Source: Tubiluchus corallicola
Taxonomy: Eukaryota > Animalia > Priapulida
Reading direction: 5' to 3'
DNA length: 64,000 nucleotides
Assembly: GCA_030141605.1 (NCBI GenBank)
Contig: JAQGDQ010000431.1
Location: forward strand, 62,001-126,000
Shown in pieces: positions 11,370 through 24,345 of this stretch. The notes under the pieces are model-generated. The model was given only the letters and a program-made list of their open reading frames with translations. It was not told the origin of the DNA and searched no databases. The translations under genes were made by a program, and so were the position numbers. Each line of letters starts with the position of its first letter. Positions within the stretch are counted from its first letter, which is position 1.

Positions 11370-14019
11370 CTTACAAGTGCGTTCTGATTGTTTACTTTAT
11401 TAGATATGTAACTAGGTATGATTCACACAGTGACATCTTATTGCTGATACAATTACTATTTAACTACCTAGCATTGTATGCTCTAAGACAAGTGAGCTCC
11501 ATTAAGTTTTCTCAAGAATTTTTTTAATTGTTTTCCATATTTATTTGACAATAAAGAACTTCTTAGAAGCATTATGTCACCATAGGCCCAAGGGCTTTAG
11601 GGTTTTCAGTCAACACAATTCATAGATTGGTAAAAAAAATCTCAAAGAAAATGTATCTGACTAACTGACTATGTGGTGTGTAGATATTTATTTCTTATAT
11701 AAGACAAATGTAGCCAAAATACAGTTTATGGATGAACTTGAATTCTACCTGAAAACTTGATCTCTACTTTGTATCTTAGTCTTAGAGTATAAAGAATAGT
11801 TATACATCATACACACAATATTTATGTTCTATTTCAATGTTTATTACTATTATTATTATTATTATTATTATTATTATGTGCATAAAAATGTACAGCTTAC
11901 AAAGATAACAGATGTTAGTAAAACAGATAATGGGATGTTAGTAAAGTAACGTATCTACAGAAATTCAACTTTATAATATCCACTCATTTCATTACTCTTT
12001 TAATTATATTACGGTATTGCAAGAATTTACAACAGGTATCTTAAAACATAATCTTTAAATGAGTTCTTAACCTTTAATTTTATATTTTCGTTTAGATCTA
12101 CAGTACAACCATATTTAAATCTTAAATTTACTCAACTGTTTTTACATAATAGCATAGCTTTGGAATTCTCAATGTGCAAGACCTTGCAATTTTTCTCACA
12201 AAGTTTAATTTTCGACTATCTATTAAGTAATTCGCAGGCATTGTGCCACAAAAATACTTTAACAATTTGACGCTTTCATTTTGTCTAAAGTTTACCAAAT
12301 ATTTTTCTATAAGCAGTGTTGCATTTTACCCTAATGGCATTAACTTTATTGTTTGATATACCCCCAATTTCGTATCTGTATAACAAAATTGGTAAACAAT
12401 ATGTATTTATCAGGGTCTTAGCTACTGTGTCATTACGATTATGGCTCATACTTGAGAGAATATTATTTCATCTTTTTTTGCTTTGTTCTTAGTTTTTTCT
12501 GACTAAAGATAACTTAATTGTTTGAAATGTGTTTGGAGAGTGGTCTGCAAGTTTTCGGTTTTCTAGAATGTGAAAGAGAAATGCGTTTTTATCCTTTGTG
12601 GTTTTCAGAATATGAGTTCTGTAGTAGAATTGAGTTTTTATAAGGTAGCAGCTACAGTACGTTGTTTATTTATTGCACATATATGCAGTGCAATTCTGAT
12701 TCAGTTTCAGAAAACTGCCCCTCATTGGAGATTTCACATTTTTTGGAAAATATTTCATCGCCTTTTTTCAGGGCAGTGAGGCTGGCCACAAAAAATTGAT
12801 TTCTGCCTTATTTTATGAGCTCAGAAGGGAGGAAAAAAAATTTTTCGTGATTTTATTAAAAGCTTTGTGAATGTTTAAGGTTGAATCTTGCAATGTTTGA
12901 AATCAGTTAAAATCAAATTTATTTATTTCCCAGTGGTTAGCTGTAATGTTTTAAATTTTTTCAATGCATATTTTTTCATGTTTTGCTTTGTTTTTTACTT
13001 TCACATTACTAAATTATCGTATAATTATCGATTATTGCATAGTCTCTTTTTTTTGTATCATGAACGTGTATGTTCTGATATTTATGGCATAAGCGGAAAC
13101 ACTACTGGAGTGTTAATGCACCGATTTGGCGGAAAATTCGTTACCTTTTAGCCTCCAATGCAATAAGCATCATACAAAACGGTAATCCTGACCAACAGTT
13201 AGCCTTGGAAAAACATGGCCGCGTTCTGCATTCCCTGAAAGAACGATGTTATAATAGTTATTGCGTTTTATGTTTTAAATTAAAAAATACACTTTTATGT
13301 CTGCGTCAAGCAAGTGTATGAACGTACAAAAAATTATAAAATTCCTGGCCGGGTGTGCGATAGAAAAGTATTACTAGGGCGATTAGATGGAAACATAAGT
13401 ATTTTTGTCAGCCTGACTTGTGGCTTACTCAGTACATATATACAAAATCTTTGGTATCACTAACGGCTGCATTTTGATTTTTCGCAGGAAGTGCGCCTTC
13501 TTCTTTGCTTCAGAACAAATGATTTAAAACAAGCAATAAACAGTACCTTGTAGCTAATCCAATATGTAGGCTCTCCCAGATTAGGGATTTTATCTTCCAA
13601 AGATATTCTCACTGCTTCCTGTAGGCATCTGGCTTTGGCTATGGCATGGATCTTTAGCAGCCATGCCTTCTCTCTGTAAAGACTTTAATCTCTATATCGG
13701 AATGGTCTATCTCAGCTAGTATTGCATTCATATGTGTTAATTGTTCTTTAAACCATTTTTCCTAGAGATTGTAGATGTATGTGTGTTTTTTTTTCACTTT
13801 GTATTGCCCGTTTCTGAAATGTTAGTTATAAGTTTCTCAAATGGCTTGCAGCAAATGTGGACTAGAAAATGCGCTAGCATATTTTAGATCAAAAGTATTG
13901 AAATGTCTTGCATTTCCGGTGGCTTGCAGTGCAAATAATACAAGAGTTTAAACAAAAATGAAACAGTTTGCTGAATTATCTTGGCACCTAGCAATTTAAA
14001 ATTGTTTGATATCATATAT

Positions 14020-14433
14020 ATCACATCTCGGTTTGCTGGATTTCGCTTTTATGAATATCGGAAAAATCGGACAAAATCTGGACCATTAAAATGTCCCACA
14101 TACTACAGACACAGTCCATTGTTTTGCGAGCTGACCGCTAGTTGGCGGGCCATCACTTTGTTTACATCATTGTATCAGAGTTAAACCATGTGCAGGAAAA
14201 TATAGAATCAATTATGCGGAATTATTTGAGTCAATTGCCGACAGTTTTTATATATTTTTGCATAGGAGCAGTCCGTACTAGACGTTTTTGATACAATTAG
14301 GTGATTGATTCTACATTACCATGAGTCCCATGCACGGCACCTATTGTATTAGCTTAGCATGGGTAAATACGGACAGTCGGCAAATTCGGACCTACGTCTC
14401 CCCGCTTTTGTCCGGCTAACCGAGATAAGAGTG
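14020..14433. mobile_element. Tc1/mariner-like MITE family D
   Basis: Ends AACCGAGATAAGAGTG-TA. Reverse-complement copies lie at 50645-50905 and 61871-62312. Confidence 0.65.
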
Positions 14434-15269
14434 TATCACAGTACACACTGTGTTAACGTTTGCAGGCTTTAATGAAAAAGTAGATTAAGCTGTTCATTGA
14501 CAACTTAATGTACTTTCTTATTAAAACCTTCAAACGTTAATGTGTATCGTGAGGTTAGTTTCATGATATGTATAGTATCGTGACTTTTGCTGGTATCAAA
14601 GAGAGCATTTCTAATATGGCCTTTCTCATCAAGGTTTTAGGAGGATTGTGAGCCTAGATTTCACTGATAAGTATAATCGTCTGTCCATTTTAAAATAGGA
14701 CCATCGTCTGAGTTTGCAGCTGCAAGTAGCATAATCCTTGTAGAACATTTGGGAAGTTTTACACAGTTACGGGCAAAAATTGTTTCAAAGTGTAGATCTT
14801 CGTGTCGATACACAATGCAAACTCGGTGTGCCAACACGTGTAACACACATTCTGCCTGTGTAAACCCCCCCACGCAATGTTCTTATGTTGCTTGAGAGAA
14901 TTTGGCTACAAGACTTGTGGCCACATTAATGTTGCTTGGAGTTTTCATACATAGATAAGAAATTTCATACACTAGTTATTCCCACATGGTGTGCTTGCCT
15001 GAAAGTTAAAAAAAATTTCAGTTTTTTGATCAGAAATGTCATTTACATATACTCGTAATACAGTACATAAATTTGCATTGCTGTAGTCACCATGTATACG
15101 AGCGCTGGGTTCTGGCTTACACTGCATTACACTGTATTAAAAAACTGAACTTGAACTGAAGTCTTTTTTCGGTATTCGTGCAGATTTTGAGTGAGCGGAA
15201 TTGAGCAAAATCTGTGGGTGCAACGGGACGTGTGGAACTGTGTATCTAAACTTGCTACACACATACACA

Positions 15270-15733
15270 GACACTCATGTACACATATTTTCAACTTCAA
15301 AAATATTCCATGAGCGTGTTGCACGTGTTTGTGAGAGAAAAAATTGAAGTACAGTGCTACTGTAAGATATTCGGTGTGTTGTACTGAAACTCGGCAAGTT
15401 TTAAGATAAAATTAAAATTTCAAATTTACTGCTGTGCTCTCGCATGAGTTGTCTAACGTGTTACTGCATCACAAACAAACACCTCTGAACTGTGACATAC
15501 AATACCTGTTTTTTGTGCATCGTGTTTCCAAAATGCAAGCGCTGAATGTAACTAATGAATGGCGAAATGCACTTAATAGCAAAGAACTAGAGGCACGAAT
15601 GTGAAATTGGGTTTATATTGTAATAATTCTTTCACGTAAGTCATTTTTGAAAAAATAGTATGTGCACTTTCAATATTTTAAAGAGTAGATTGTCTTGATC
15701 TACAATTTAAGATTGTGCCCAGTTTTCCTTTAA
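15270..15733. mobile_element. Kolobok-like MITE family B, partial copy
   Basis: Homologous to 39314-39930; ends AGTTTTCCT-TTAA. Confidence 0.65.
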
Positions 15734-16229
15734 TGTATATCAGCCAACAGGTTTTTTTGTACAGAAAAAGCTGCTAAAAGTTTTCTATAAGCAAACGTAC
15801 AGTTCTTGTCCAGCTAGTTAAAAATAATTATCATGGTAATTGTATAAACATTATAAACTCAATCTTTGCTTAGTTTATATAACAAACAGCTGTGATTTAA
15901 GAATGTTCCAGAACTCTATACTGCCTTACTTTTGATGTTGTTTGTGTAAACATTGTTTTTGTGGGTATTTACGGAAAGTGGATCTGTCAAGGAGTTTAGC
16001 TGTTTAACTTTTCAAATACGAAAGCGTTCTAGAAATTATGTTCCTTTTCAACTGGCAGGCTTTCATGTTCAGCTGGTGTTTTTTTCCTCTAACCCTCAGT
16101 GCGGAATTGATCCTACAGTGTAAACGACAGCTGAATTCAAGTTATGAACATTTTAATAGTTTTAACTCGTAAAATTCCACATTTACATCAGCCATTAAAC
16201 CAGGGCAAGTATGTAGTACGAATGTGGGA

Positions 16230-16510
16230 AAGTTTAGTACAAGTAAGCTTGGTACAGGTAAGTTTGGCACAGGTAAGTTTGGTGCAGGTAATTTAGTACA
16301 AGTAAGTTTGGAACAGGTAATCTTGGTAGCAGGAAAATTTGGTGCTAGGAATTTTTGGTACGTGGCAGTTTTGGTAATGGTAAATTTGGTACTATCATCT
16401 TAAGGTACATGGAATTTTTGGTACTAGGAAATTTGGTACTATGGAAAGTTTGGTATATTTGGAAGATTTGATACTATGAAAGTTTGGTATGGAAAATTTG
16501 GTACTAAATG
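16230..16510. repeat. Degenerate ~15-bp tandem repeat (GGTACAGGTAAGTTT-like)
   Basis: Recurrent TTTGGTAC / CAGGTAAG units. A related motif occurs at 40495-40560. Confidence 0.65.
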
Positions 16511-16924
16511 AAAAAGAGAGCATTTCTGTATCTCAGTACAAAGAATTGTTTCAACTAGAAAATTCAGAAGTTTATTCAGTAAGGTGGAAATATGGTACTA
16601 GGAAAGCTTAGTTTATTAAAAAGTTCGTAAAACATTATACTGTAATTAATAGTGTCTGACAGCTAAAATTTTATCCGTGATCATCCCATCTATGCCTGTA
16701 CATTTGAGAATTCCAACTCAGCATGCAAATTTTCCAAAAAGCTCGGTCAAATTGTTTTTTTCCGGGAAAAATGATCACTTTCTCTGTTTTTTCTTTACAA
16801 AAATTATCAGACTGATATAAGAACATGGCAGTGATGGCTAATAATATCACGTGACAGAAATGTCCTGCATAAGCATAGTTTGGTTTCCTTGAGGGCCACA
16901 GTATGGAGTGACAACTGTGTTTCT

Positions 16925-16968
<44 letters not shown>

Positions 16969-16975
16969 GTGATGA
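16925..16975. repeat. (GAT)n microsatellite
   Basis: Visible directly in the sequence. Confidence 0.95.
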
Positions 16976-17521
16976 CAGTGGTGTAATGATTATTGATAAT
17001 AATGATGATGAAAACATCAACAAGTATGGTTATGATTTGGCGGTGATGACACTAACATTAATTCAGATCATTTCTCCTTTAGTGGAAAATTCTAACACAA
17101 TGCACATACTGAACTAAGGTACAAGAAGAATAACAACAACCTCAGTAACAACAACAATAGCAAGAACAGCAGCAGCAACAGCAACGATGACATCGGCAAT
17201 AACAAAACAACAATAACAACAGCATTAAAATCTCAATATCTCAAATCTTAATAACAAAGCTCAATATCTAAGTTTGATGGCAATGTTTGTTTGTTTGTAG
17301 GTGCATGTGGTGTACTTTCACTTTACAATAAACATAAGGCTTAAAATCATTGTCATTAACACTTTTATCTTTCCTGCTTTGCGTCTCCATCTACCATTTT
17401 TGATTGTTTACAAGTTGTCCATAAATTTATTAGTTTAAAACTGGTTGACAGTCAAATATCACCTGAAGATGTTTCAAGATAGAAGAATAGAAGGATCTGT
17501 GATAAAAAATGATTTAAAACT

Positions 17522-17974
17522 CAAGTCAAATTATACTTGAAAGCAATTATTGTTAAAACAACACAACTTGTATTAAAAGTTTTAATTTACAACTGCTTAA
17601 AAACATGTCCAAATGTTTCGACAGCAGTCCGCTGTTATCATCAGTGGTACACTATACAACCAAAAACCAGTTTATGTGTTATTGTCTTAATGTGCAAACT
17701 AGTTCAAATCCATTAATTTTATTTACAAACACTTAGCTATCTCTTACTGCATCTATTTCTTTTCTACGGATCTGTTTATTCATTACTTTGGCTTCTTTGT
17801 AAATACATAATTAGTGCATAATTTTCTATACTGTAGGCTCTGCCTGTATAAACTGGTTGCTGTTTGTATAGTGTACCACTGATGATGACAGCTGATTACT
17901 GTCGAAACGTTTGGACATGTTTTTAAACAGTTGTAAATTAAAGTTTATAATAAAAGTTGTGTTGTTTTAATAAT
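17522..17974. mobile_element. Penelope-like element remnant with inverted terminal arms
   Basis: Arms of about 128 bp (17548-17675 and 17848-17975) are reverse complements. Each holds a hammerhead-type core with an AATAAA-like signal downstream. A 15-bp direct repeat AAATGATTTAAAACT (17507-17521, 17975-17989) flanks the unit and looks like a TSD. Confidence 0.65.
17872..17917 (+). ncRNA. Minimal type I hammerhead ribozyme motif (Penelope-associated)
   Basis: TGT-A-CCA [CTGATGA] T GACAG-ctgatta-CTGTC [GAAA] C GTT TGG-ACA. The core is intact, stem II has 5 bp, stem III is a palindromic ACGT, and stem I is CCA/TGG plus TGT/ACA. Confidence 0.65.
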
Positions 17975-18399
17975 AAATGATTTAAAACTTCTTAAATGTG
18001 ATCGTGGCATCCATTTGTTCATCTGATAACAGGTCCACACTGTACATGTTCTTTTTGTAAAGTTAGGCTGCTGCGCATAGAACTGCTGCAGGGATATTTT
18101 GCAAACTTCTCATATGACAGTCTATCATGTATATCTTGACCCCATATCTACATAGAGCCATGTAGGCAACTGAGGATAAATAAGTAACTTATGCATGCTT
18201 GGAATTCTGTAAGCAGACCATCTGTTGTTATTGAATCCTGTGCAGCTGTTCCAATGGTTTCTCCAAGATTGACTGAACACTGTGGTTGGAGTGTATTCTT
18301 TGCCTGTGTTATAGTCTTGGTGTAGATGTAAAACCTTCATTGCAAAAATAGTCTGCCCGCTAGGGGTCTAAACAAACCCGTTTCTTTGAGCCTTCTACA

Positions 18400-21300
18400 A
18401 GCACTGTACATCGCATGCTCGTACATAATAGTAACCAGGCACAGTGCTTCTCTGCTAGGCACATCTACACACACTATACAAGAGACGCTCATACATATTA
18501 GCAACCAGGCACAGTGTTTCACTACCAGGCTCATCTACACGCACAAGACACGCTCGTACATGTTAGTAACCAGGCACAGTGCTTCACTACCAGTCACTTC
18601 TATACTCACCAGACACGCTCATTAATATTTGTAACCTGGCACAGTGCTTCACTACCAGTCACTTCTATATGCACCAGACACGCTCCTACATATTAGTAAC
18701 CAGGCACAGTGCTTCACTACCAGTCACTTCCATATGCACCAGACACGCTCGTACATATTAGTAACCTGGCACAGTGCTTCACTACCAGTCACTTCTATAC
18801 GCACCAGACACGCTCGTACATATTAGTAACCTGGCACAGTGCTTCACTACCAGTCACTTCTATACGCACCAAACACGCTGGTACATATTAGTAACCTGGT
18901 ACAGTGCTTCACTACCAGTCACTTCCATGTGCACTAGACACGCTCGTACATGTTAGTAACCAGGCACAGTGCTTCACTACCAGTCACTTCTATACTCACC
19001 AGACACGCTCATTAATATTTGTAACCTGGCACAGTGCTTCACTACCAGTCACTTCTATATGCACCAGACACGCTCCTACATATTAGTAACCAGGCACAGT
19101 GCTTCACTACCAGTCACTTCCATATGCACCAGACACGCTCGTACATATTAGTAACCTGGCACAGTGCTTCACTACCAGTCACTTCTATACGCACCAGACA
19201 CGCTCGTACATATTAGTAACCTGGCACAGTGCTTCACTACCAGTCACTTCTATACGCACCAAACACGCTGGTACATATTAGTAACCTGGTACAGTGCTTC
19301 ACTACCAGTCACTTCCATGTGCACTAGACACGCTCGTACATGTTAGTAACCAGGCACAGTGCTTCACTACCAGTCACTTCTATACTCACCAGACACGCTC
19401 ATTAATATTTGTAACCTGGCACAGTGCTTCACTACCAGTCACTTCTATATGCACCAGACACGCTCCTACATATTAGTAACCAGGCACAGTGCTTCACTAC
19501 CAGTCACTTCCATATGCACCAGACACGCTCGTACATATTAGTAACCTGGCACAGTGCTTCACTACCAGTCACTTCTATACGCACCAGACACGCTCGTACA
19601 TATTAGTAACCAGGTACAGTGCTTCACTACCAGTCACTTCTATATGCACCAGACATGCTGGTACATATTAGTAACCTGGTACAGTGCTTCACTACCAGTC
19701 ACTTCTATAGGCACCAGCCACGCTCGTGCATATTAGTAACCACGTACAGTGCTTCACTACCAGTCACTTCTATATGCACCAGACACGCTCGTACATGTTA
19801 GTAACCAGGTACAGTGTTTCACTACCAGTCACTTCTATACGCACCAGACATGCTCATACATATTAGTAACCACGTACAGTGTTTCACTACCAGTTACTTC
19901 TATACGCACCAGACATGCTCATACATATTAGTAACCACGTACAGTGCTTCACTACCAGTCACTTCTATATGCACCAGACATGCTCGTACAAGTTAGTAAC
20001 CAGGTACAGTGCTTCACTACCAGTCACTTCTATACGCACCAGACACGCTCGTACATATTAGTAACCTGGTACAGTGCTTCACTACCAGTCACTTCTGTAT
20101 GCACCAGACACGCTCGTACATGTTAGTAACCACGTACAGTGCTTCACTACCAGTCACTTCTATACGCACCAGACACACTCGTACATGTTAGTAACCACGT
20201 ACAGTGTTTCACTACCAGTTACTTCTATACGCACCAGACATGCTCATACATATTAGCAACCTGGTACAGTGCTTCACTACCAGTCACTTCTAAATGCACC
20301 AGACATGCTCGTACATATTAATAACCAGGTACAGTGCTTCACTACCAGTCACTTCTATACGCACCAGACACGCTCGTACATATTAGTAACCAGGTACAGT
20401 GCTTCACTACCAGTCACTTCTATACGCACCAGACACGCTCATACATATTAGTAACCAGGTACAGTGCTTCACTACCAGTCACTTCTAAATGCACCAGACA
20501 TGCTCGTACATATTAGTAACCAGGTACAGTGCTTCACTACCAGTCACTTCTAAACGCACCAGACACGCTCGTACATATTAGTAACCAGGCACAGTGCTTC
20601 ACTACCAGGCTCATCTACACGCACAAGACACGCTCGTACATATTAGTAACCAGGCACAGTGCTTCACTACCAGTCACTTCCATATGCACCAGACACGCTC
20701 GTACATATTAGTAACCAGGTACAGTGCTTCACTACTAGTCACTTCTAAATGCACTAGACATGCTCGTACATATTAGTAACCAGGTACAGTGCTTCACTAC
20801 CAGTCACTTCTAAATGCACCAGACATGCTCGTACATATTAGTAACCAGGTACAGTGCTTCACTACCAGTCACTTCTAAATGCACCAGACATGCTCGTACA
20901 TATTAGTAACCAGGTACAGTGCTTCACTACCAGTCACTTCTAAATGCACCAGACACGCTCGTACATATTAGTAACCAGGTACAGTGCTTCACTACCAGTC
21001 ACTTCTAAACGCACCAGACACGCTCGTACATATTAGTAACCAGGCACAGTGCTTCACTACCAGGCTCATCTACACGCACAAGACACGCTCGTACATATTA
21101 GTAACCAGGCACAGTGCTTCACTACCAGTCACTTCCATATGCACCAGACACGCACGTACATATTAGTAACCAGGTACAGTGCTTCACTACTAGTCACTTC
21201 TAAATGCACTAGACATGCTCGTACATATTAGTAACCAGGTACAGTGCTTCACTACCAGTCACTTCTAAATGCACCAGACATGCTCGTACATATTAGTAAC

Positions 21301-21990
21301 CAGGTACAGTGCTTCACTACCAGTCACTTCTAAATGCACCAGACACGCTCGTACATATTAGTAACGAGGCACAGTGCTTCACTACCAGTCACATCTATAT
21401 GCACCAGACACGCTCGTACATATTAGTAACCAGGTACAGTGCTTCACTACCAGTCACTTCTAAATGCACCAGACACACTCGTACATGTTAGTAACCACGT
21501 ATAGTGTTTCACTACCAGTCACTTCTATACGCACCAGACACGCTCGTACATACTAGTAACCAGGCACAGTGCTTCACTACCAGTCACTTCTATACGCACC
21601 AGACACGCTCGTACATATTAGTAACCAGGCACAGTGCTTCACTACTAGTCACTTCTAAATGCACTAGACACGCTCGTACATATTAGTAACCAGGTACAGT
21701 GCTTCACTACCAGTCACTTCTATACGCACTAGACACGCTCGTACATATTAGTAACCAGGTACAGTGCTTCACTACCAGTCACTTCTACACATAAGACACG
21801 CTCGTACATATTAGTAATCTTGCACAGTGCTTCACTACCAGTCACTTCTATACGCACCAGACACGCTCATACATATTAGTAACCAGGTACAGTGCTTCAC
21901 TACCAGTCACTTCTATACGCACCAGACACGCTCATACATATTAGTAACCAGGTACAGTGTTTCACTACCAGTCACATCTACATGCACTAC
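18400..21990. repeat. 65-bp minisatellite, about 55 copies, with higher-order repeats
   Basis: Unit GTAACCAGGYACAGTGCTTCACTACCAGTCACTTCTATACGCACCAGACACGCTCGTACATATTA. The ORF track recurs at 65-, 390- and 455-bp offsets. Confidence 0.97.
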
Positions 21991-22683
21991 ACAACTGAAG
22001 CGTTTTGAGCTTTAATATGATCTGAACTCTGCCAGGCTGCAAAAACATTGAAAGAAAACACTATAACTATTTGACTAAGACATCACAATTTACTTTTTAC
22101 ATCCTCATAAAAAATGAACTAATTTACTATGCTTTCACCCTATTCAGCACTTGTAAATATAACGGAGAAAAAAGACAGTCGGTGGTCGTATGTTGCAAGC
22201 TGACCTTTGCCAGGAAATAAGAGCTGTACCTAAGCCTTTCAAATGGTTCACAAACTGTAGCTGGGAGCTTTTTACTGTTTATCCTCTCACTTTTATCTGA
22301 CACCTTGAAGAAAATTTGAGAACCAGCTTTTTCCTTGGCAAATTATAAAACATTTAGAAGACGTTTTATGCATTCATATCAACACTGGGGAGAGTAGTAT
22401 ACTTAAACTTAATGACAACCATATGGGCTACGATGATGATGTTATACTGCTGTCACTACGTCATGAATCACGCCAGTTCTGCTGTTAAATTGGCTTAAGT
22501 GGGTTTAGAAATGCATGCAGTTCATCCGGCATAAGATTATTAAAATGTTTCGCAAGATAATATTATTTTAAGAAATTGATATGTGAGGTTGTATCGACGG
22601 ATTAGATATGGAAACAGTTTTTTTTTCAAAAGCTGTCTCAGATATCAGATATTTAGCTTGATCCAGTAGGTCTTGAGCTTGTG

Positions 22684-23194
22684 TTAAAGGAAAAGTCAAG
22701 CCTTCTAGGAGATTAGGCTTATTTTGTTGTTTGCGAAAAATGTCAAAAGGATTTAGTACTAAAACTGAAATAAGCGCCTCGTGTAATTAGTAAAATCACT
22801 TTAAAGATGAGATCACTTCATGCTTGGGCGTTCCATTTTTCCATTTTCAAAGCCCATTGTTCCAATGACGTCATTCGTCCTGAAGAAAAGCAGTGCATTG
22901 TCAATCTTCATCAAAAGTATAATAAGTTATACAGAAAAATTAGATATTGTAATTTTGTAATATTTTTGCATGAATATTAACTAAGAAGTTGAATTAGTTT
23001 AAGCAACGCATTATCGTAATCTTCAAGTCAATGGCGGCAACCACCACGCCTGAAAATTTCTATTTGGAGGGAGTGTATTTTAAATTTATGCTTCACAGTC
23101 AGTTCTTTGCAAATTTCTTTGTTATATTTTTCTAAGTTTAGGTTATAGTAGTAAAATAAACCCAACATACTGAATGACTTGCTCTTTCCTTTAA
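22684..23194. mobile_element. Kolobok-like MITE family A, copy with both ends
   Basis: TTAA-AGGAAAAGTCAAG ... CTTGCTCTTTCCT-TTAA: imperfect TIRs with TTAA at both ends. Confidence 0.7.
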
Positions 23195-23258
23195 TGCCTG
23201 ATTCAAACTTGTACTAAATATTTGTTAAACGCTTGGTATGTAACAAATATACAAAAAC

Positions 23259-23946
23259 TTAAAGGAAAACAGGATGGTTTTTTATATCCTACTCCGTTTT
23301 GAAGTATGGTAAAAAGTATACATTTTGACACCTCTAATAATACCAAGTGCGTAAGTTTTCTCTGATAATTAAACAATAGGTTAAAAACGGCAGCCAAGGT
23401 CCAACTAGTGATGACGTCAGAACTGAACGTAATTTTCAACAGCACAAACATTCCACGAGCGTGCTGAACGTGTTTGTGAAAGCAAAATTTAAAGTAAAGT
23501 GCTACTGTACAACATTCAGTGTGATACACAAAAACTCGGCAAATTTAAGTTTAAAATTCAAATTTCGATTTTACTGCCATGTTCACACTTCAGCTGTCGA
23601 ACGTTTATACTACGTCATAACTGAATACCTCTTGACTGACTTGTACACCACCTGTTTTTTATGCAACACGTTTTTTGAGAAGCAGGCGCTGATGGTTATT
23701 CGCTAGCTAGCGAACAGGAAAATGCGTGTAACAGCGAAGAACTAGCCGCACATGCGGAATATGTTTCTTAAAATTATGTTAGTTTGTGATGTCATCAATA
23801 CTTGGGTTCGTCCTCCGCTAACTAAGATTTTAATTTATTATTTAATTGTCAGAAACTCTTTTGCAATATTACTGGTGTTCAAATGTATACCTTTACAGTA
23901 CTTGAAAGTGGGGTAGTATATGAAAAATCATCCCTTGTTCCCTTAA
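23259..23946. mobile_element. Kolobok-like family B copy joined to an inverted family B end
   Basis: TTAAAGGAAAACAGGATG start, followed from about 23755 by the reverse-complement left end (...TCCCTTGTTCCCTTAA). Confidence 0.6.
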
Positions 23947-24039
23947 ACAAATTTTGGAAGTGATTAAATTACTTTTTTGTTGACGCTGGCAATGATTAAT
24001 GGTTGATCGTGAAAAGGTCAAAGGTTAAGTGTAGCAGAC

Positions 24040-24345
24040 AATGCATTTGCGTACACTTGACAGCGCCTCGCAGCCTATGCTATTGTAATAGTAATGAAAA
24101 AAAGGAACGAATGCTAGCTATAGAACCTTACCTAGTTTATTTTTTTGTTCCCAAGCAAGATCCCACACTGACTAATGCATAATTAAGTAAAGTCTAAGAA
24201 AACAACTGAAGTTATTGAACTGGGCTTTGCTTTACTCACTTGTCAGTGGTGGTTGTAGCTAAGATGCGTTGCTGTGGTACACTCAACCTTTGACCTACAG
24301 CAACTGCGCGTGCGCACAACGAAACTGCGAAAAGGGTTATTACAG
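24040..24345. repeat. Dispersed repeat of unknown class, also present at 54360-54645
   Basis: Shared blocks GTACACTTGACA, TTGTTCCCAAGCAAGATCC, ACTAATGCATAATTAAG, CTACAGCAACTGC and GCACAACGAAACT. Confidence 0.7.

Noticed and set aside
13470-13525. Strong acceptor TTTTGATTTTTCGCAG as a poison exon in Nova intron 1
   Set aside because: No convincing nearby donor, and such motifs are expected by chance in 35 kb of AT-rich intron.
18400-21990. CRISPR-like periodicity of the 65-bp and 64-bp arrays
   Set aside because: Whole units are repeated with no unique spacers, there are no cas genes, and the context is a spliceosomal intron.
18514-22015. Dozens of 60-aa ORFs (MLHYQSLL...)
   Set aside because: Artefacts of a 65-bp period cycling through reading frames; they start at GTG and have no splice support.
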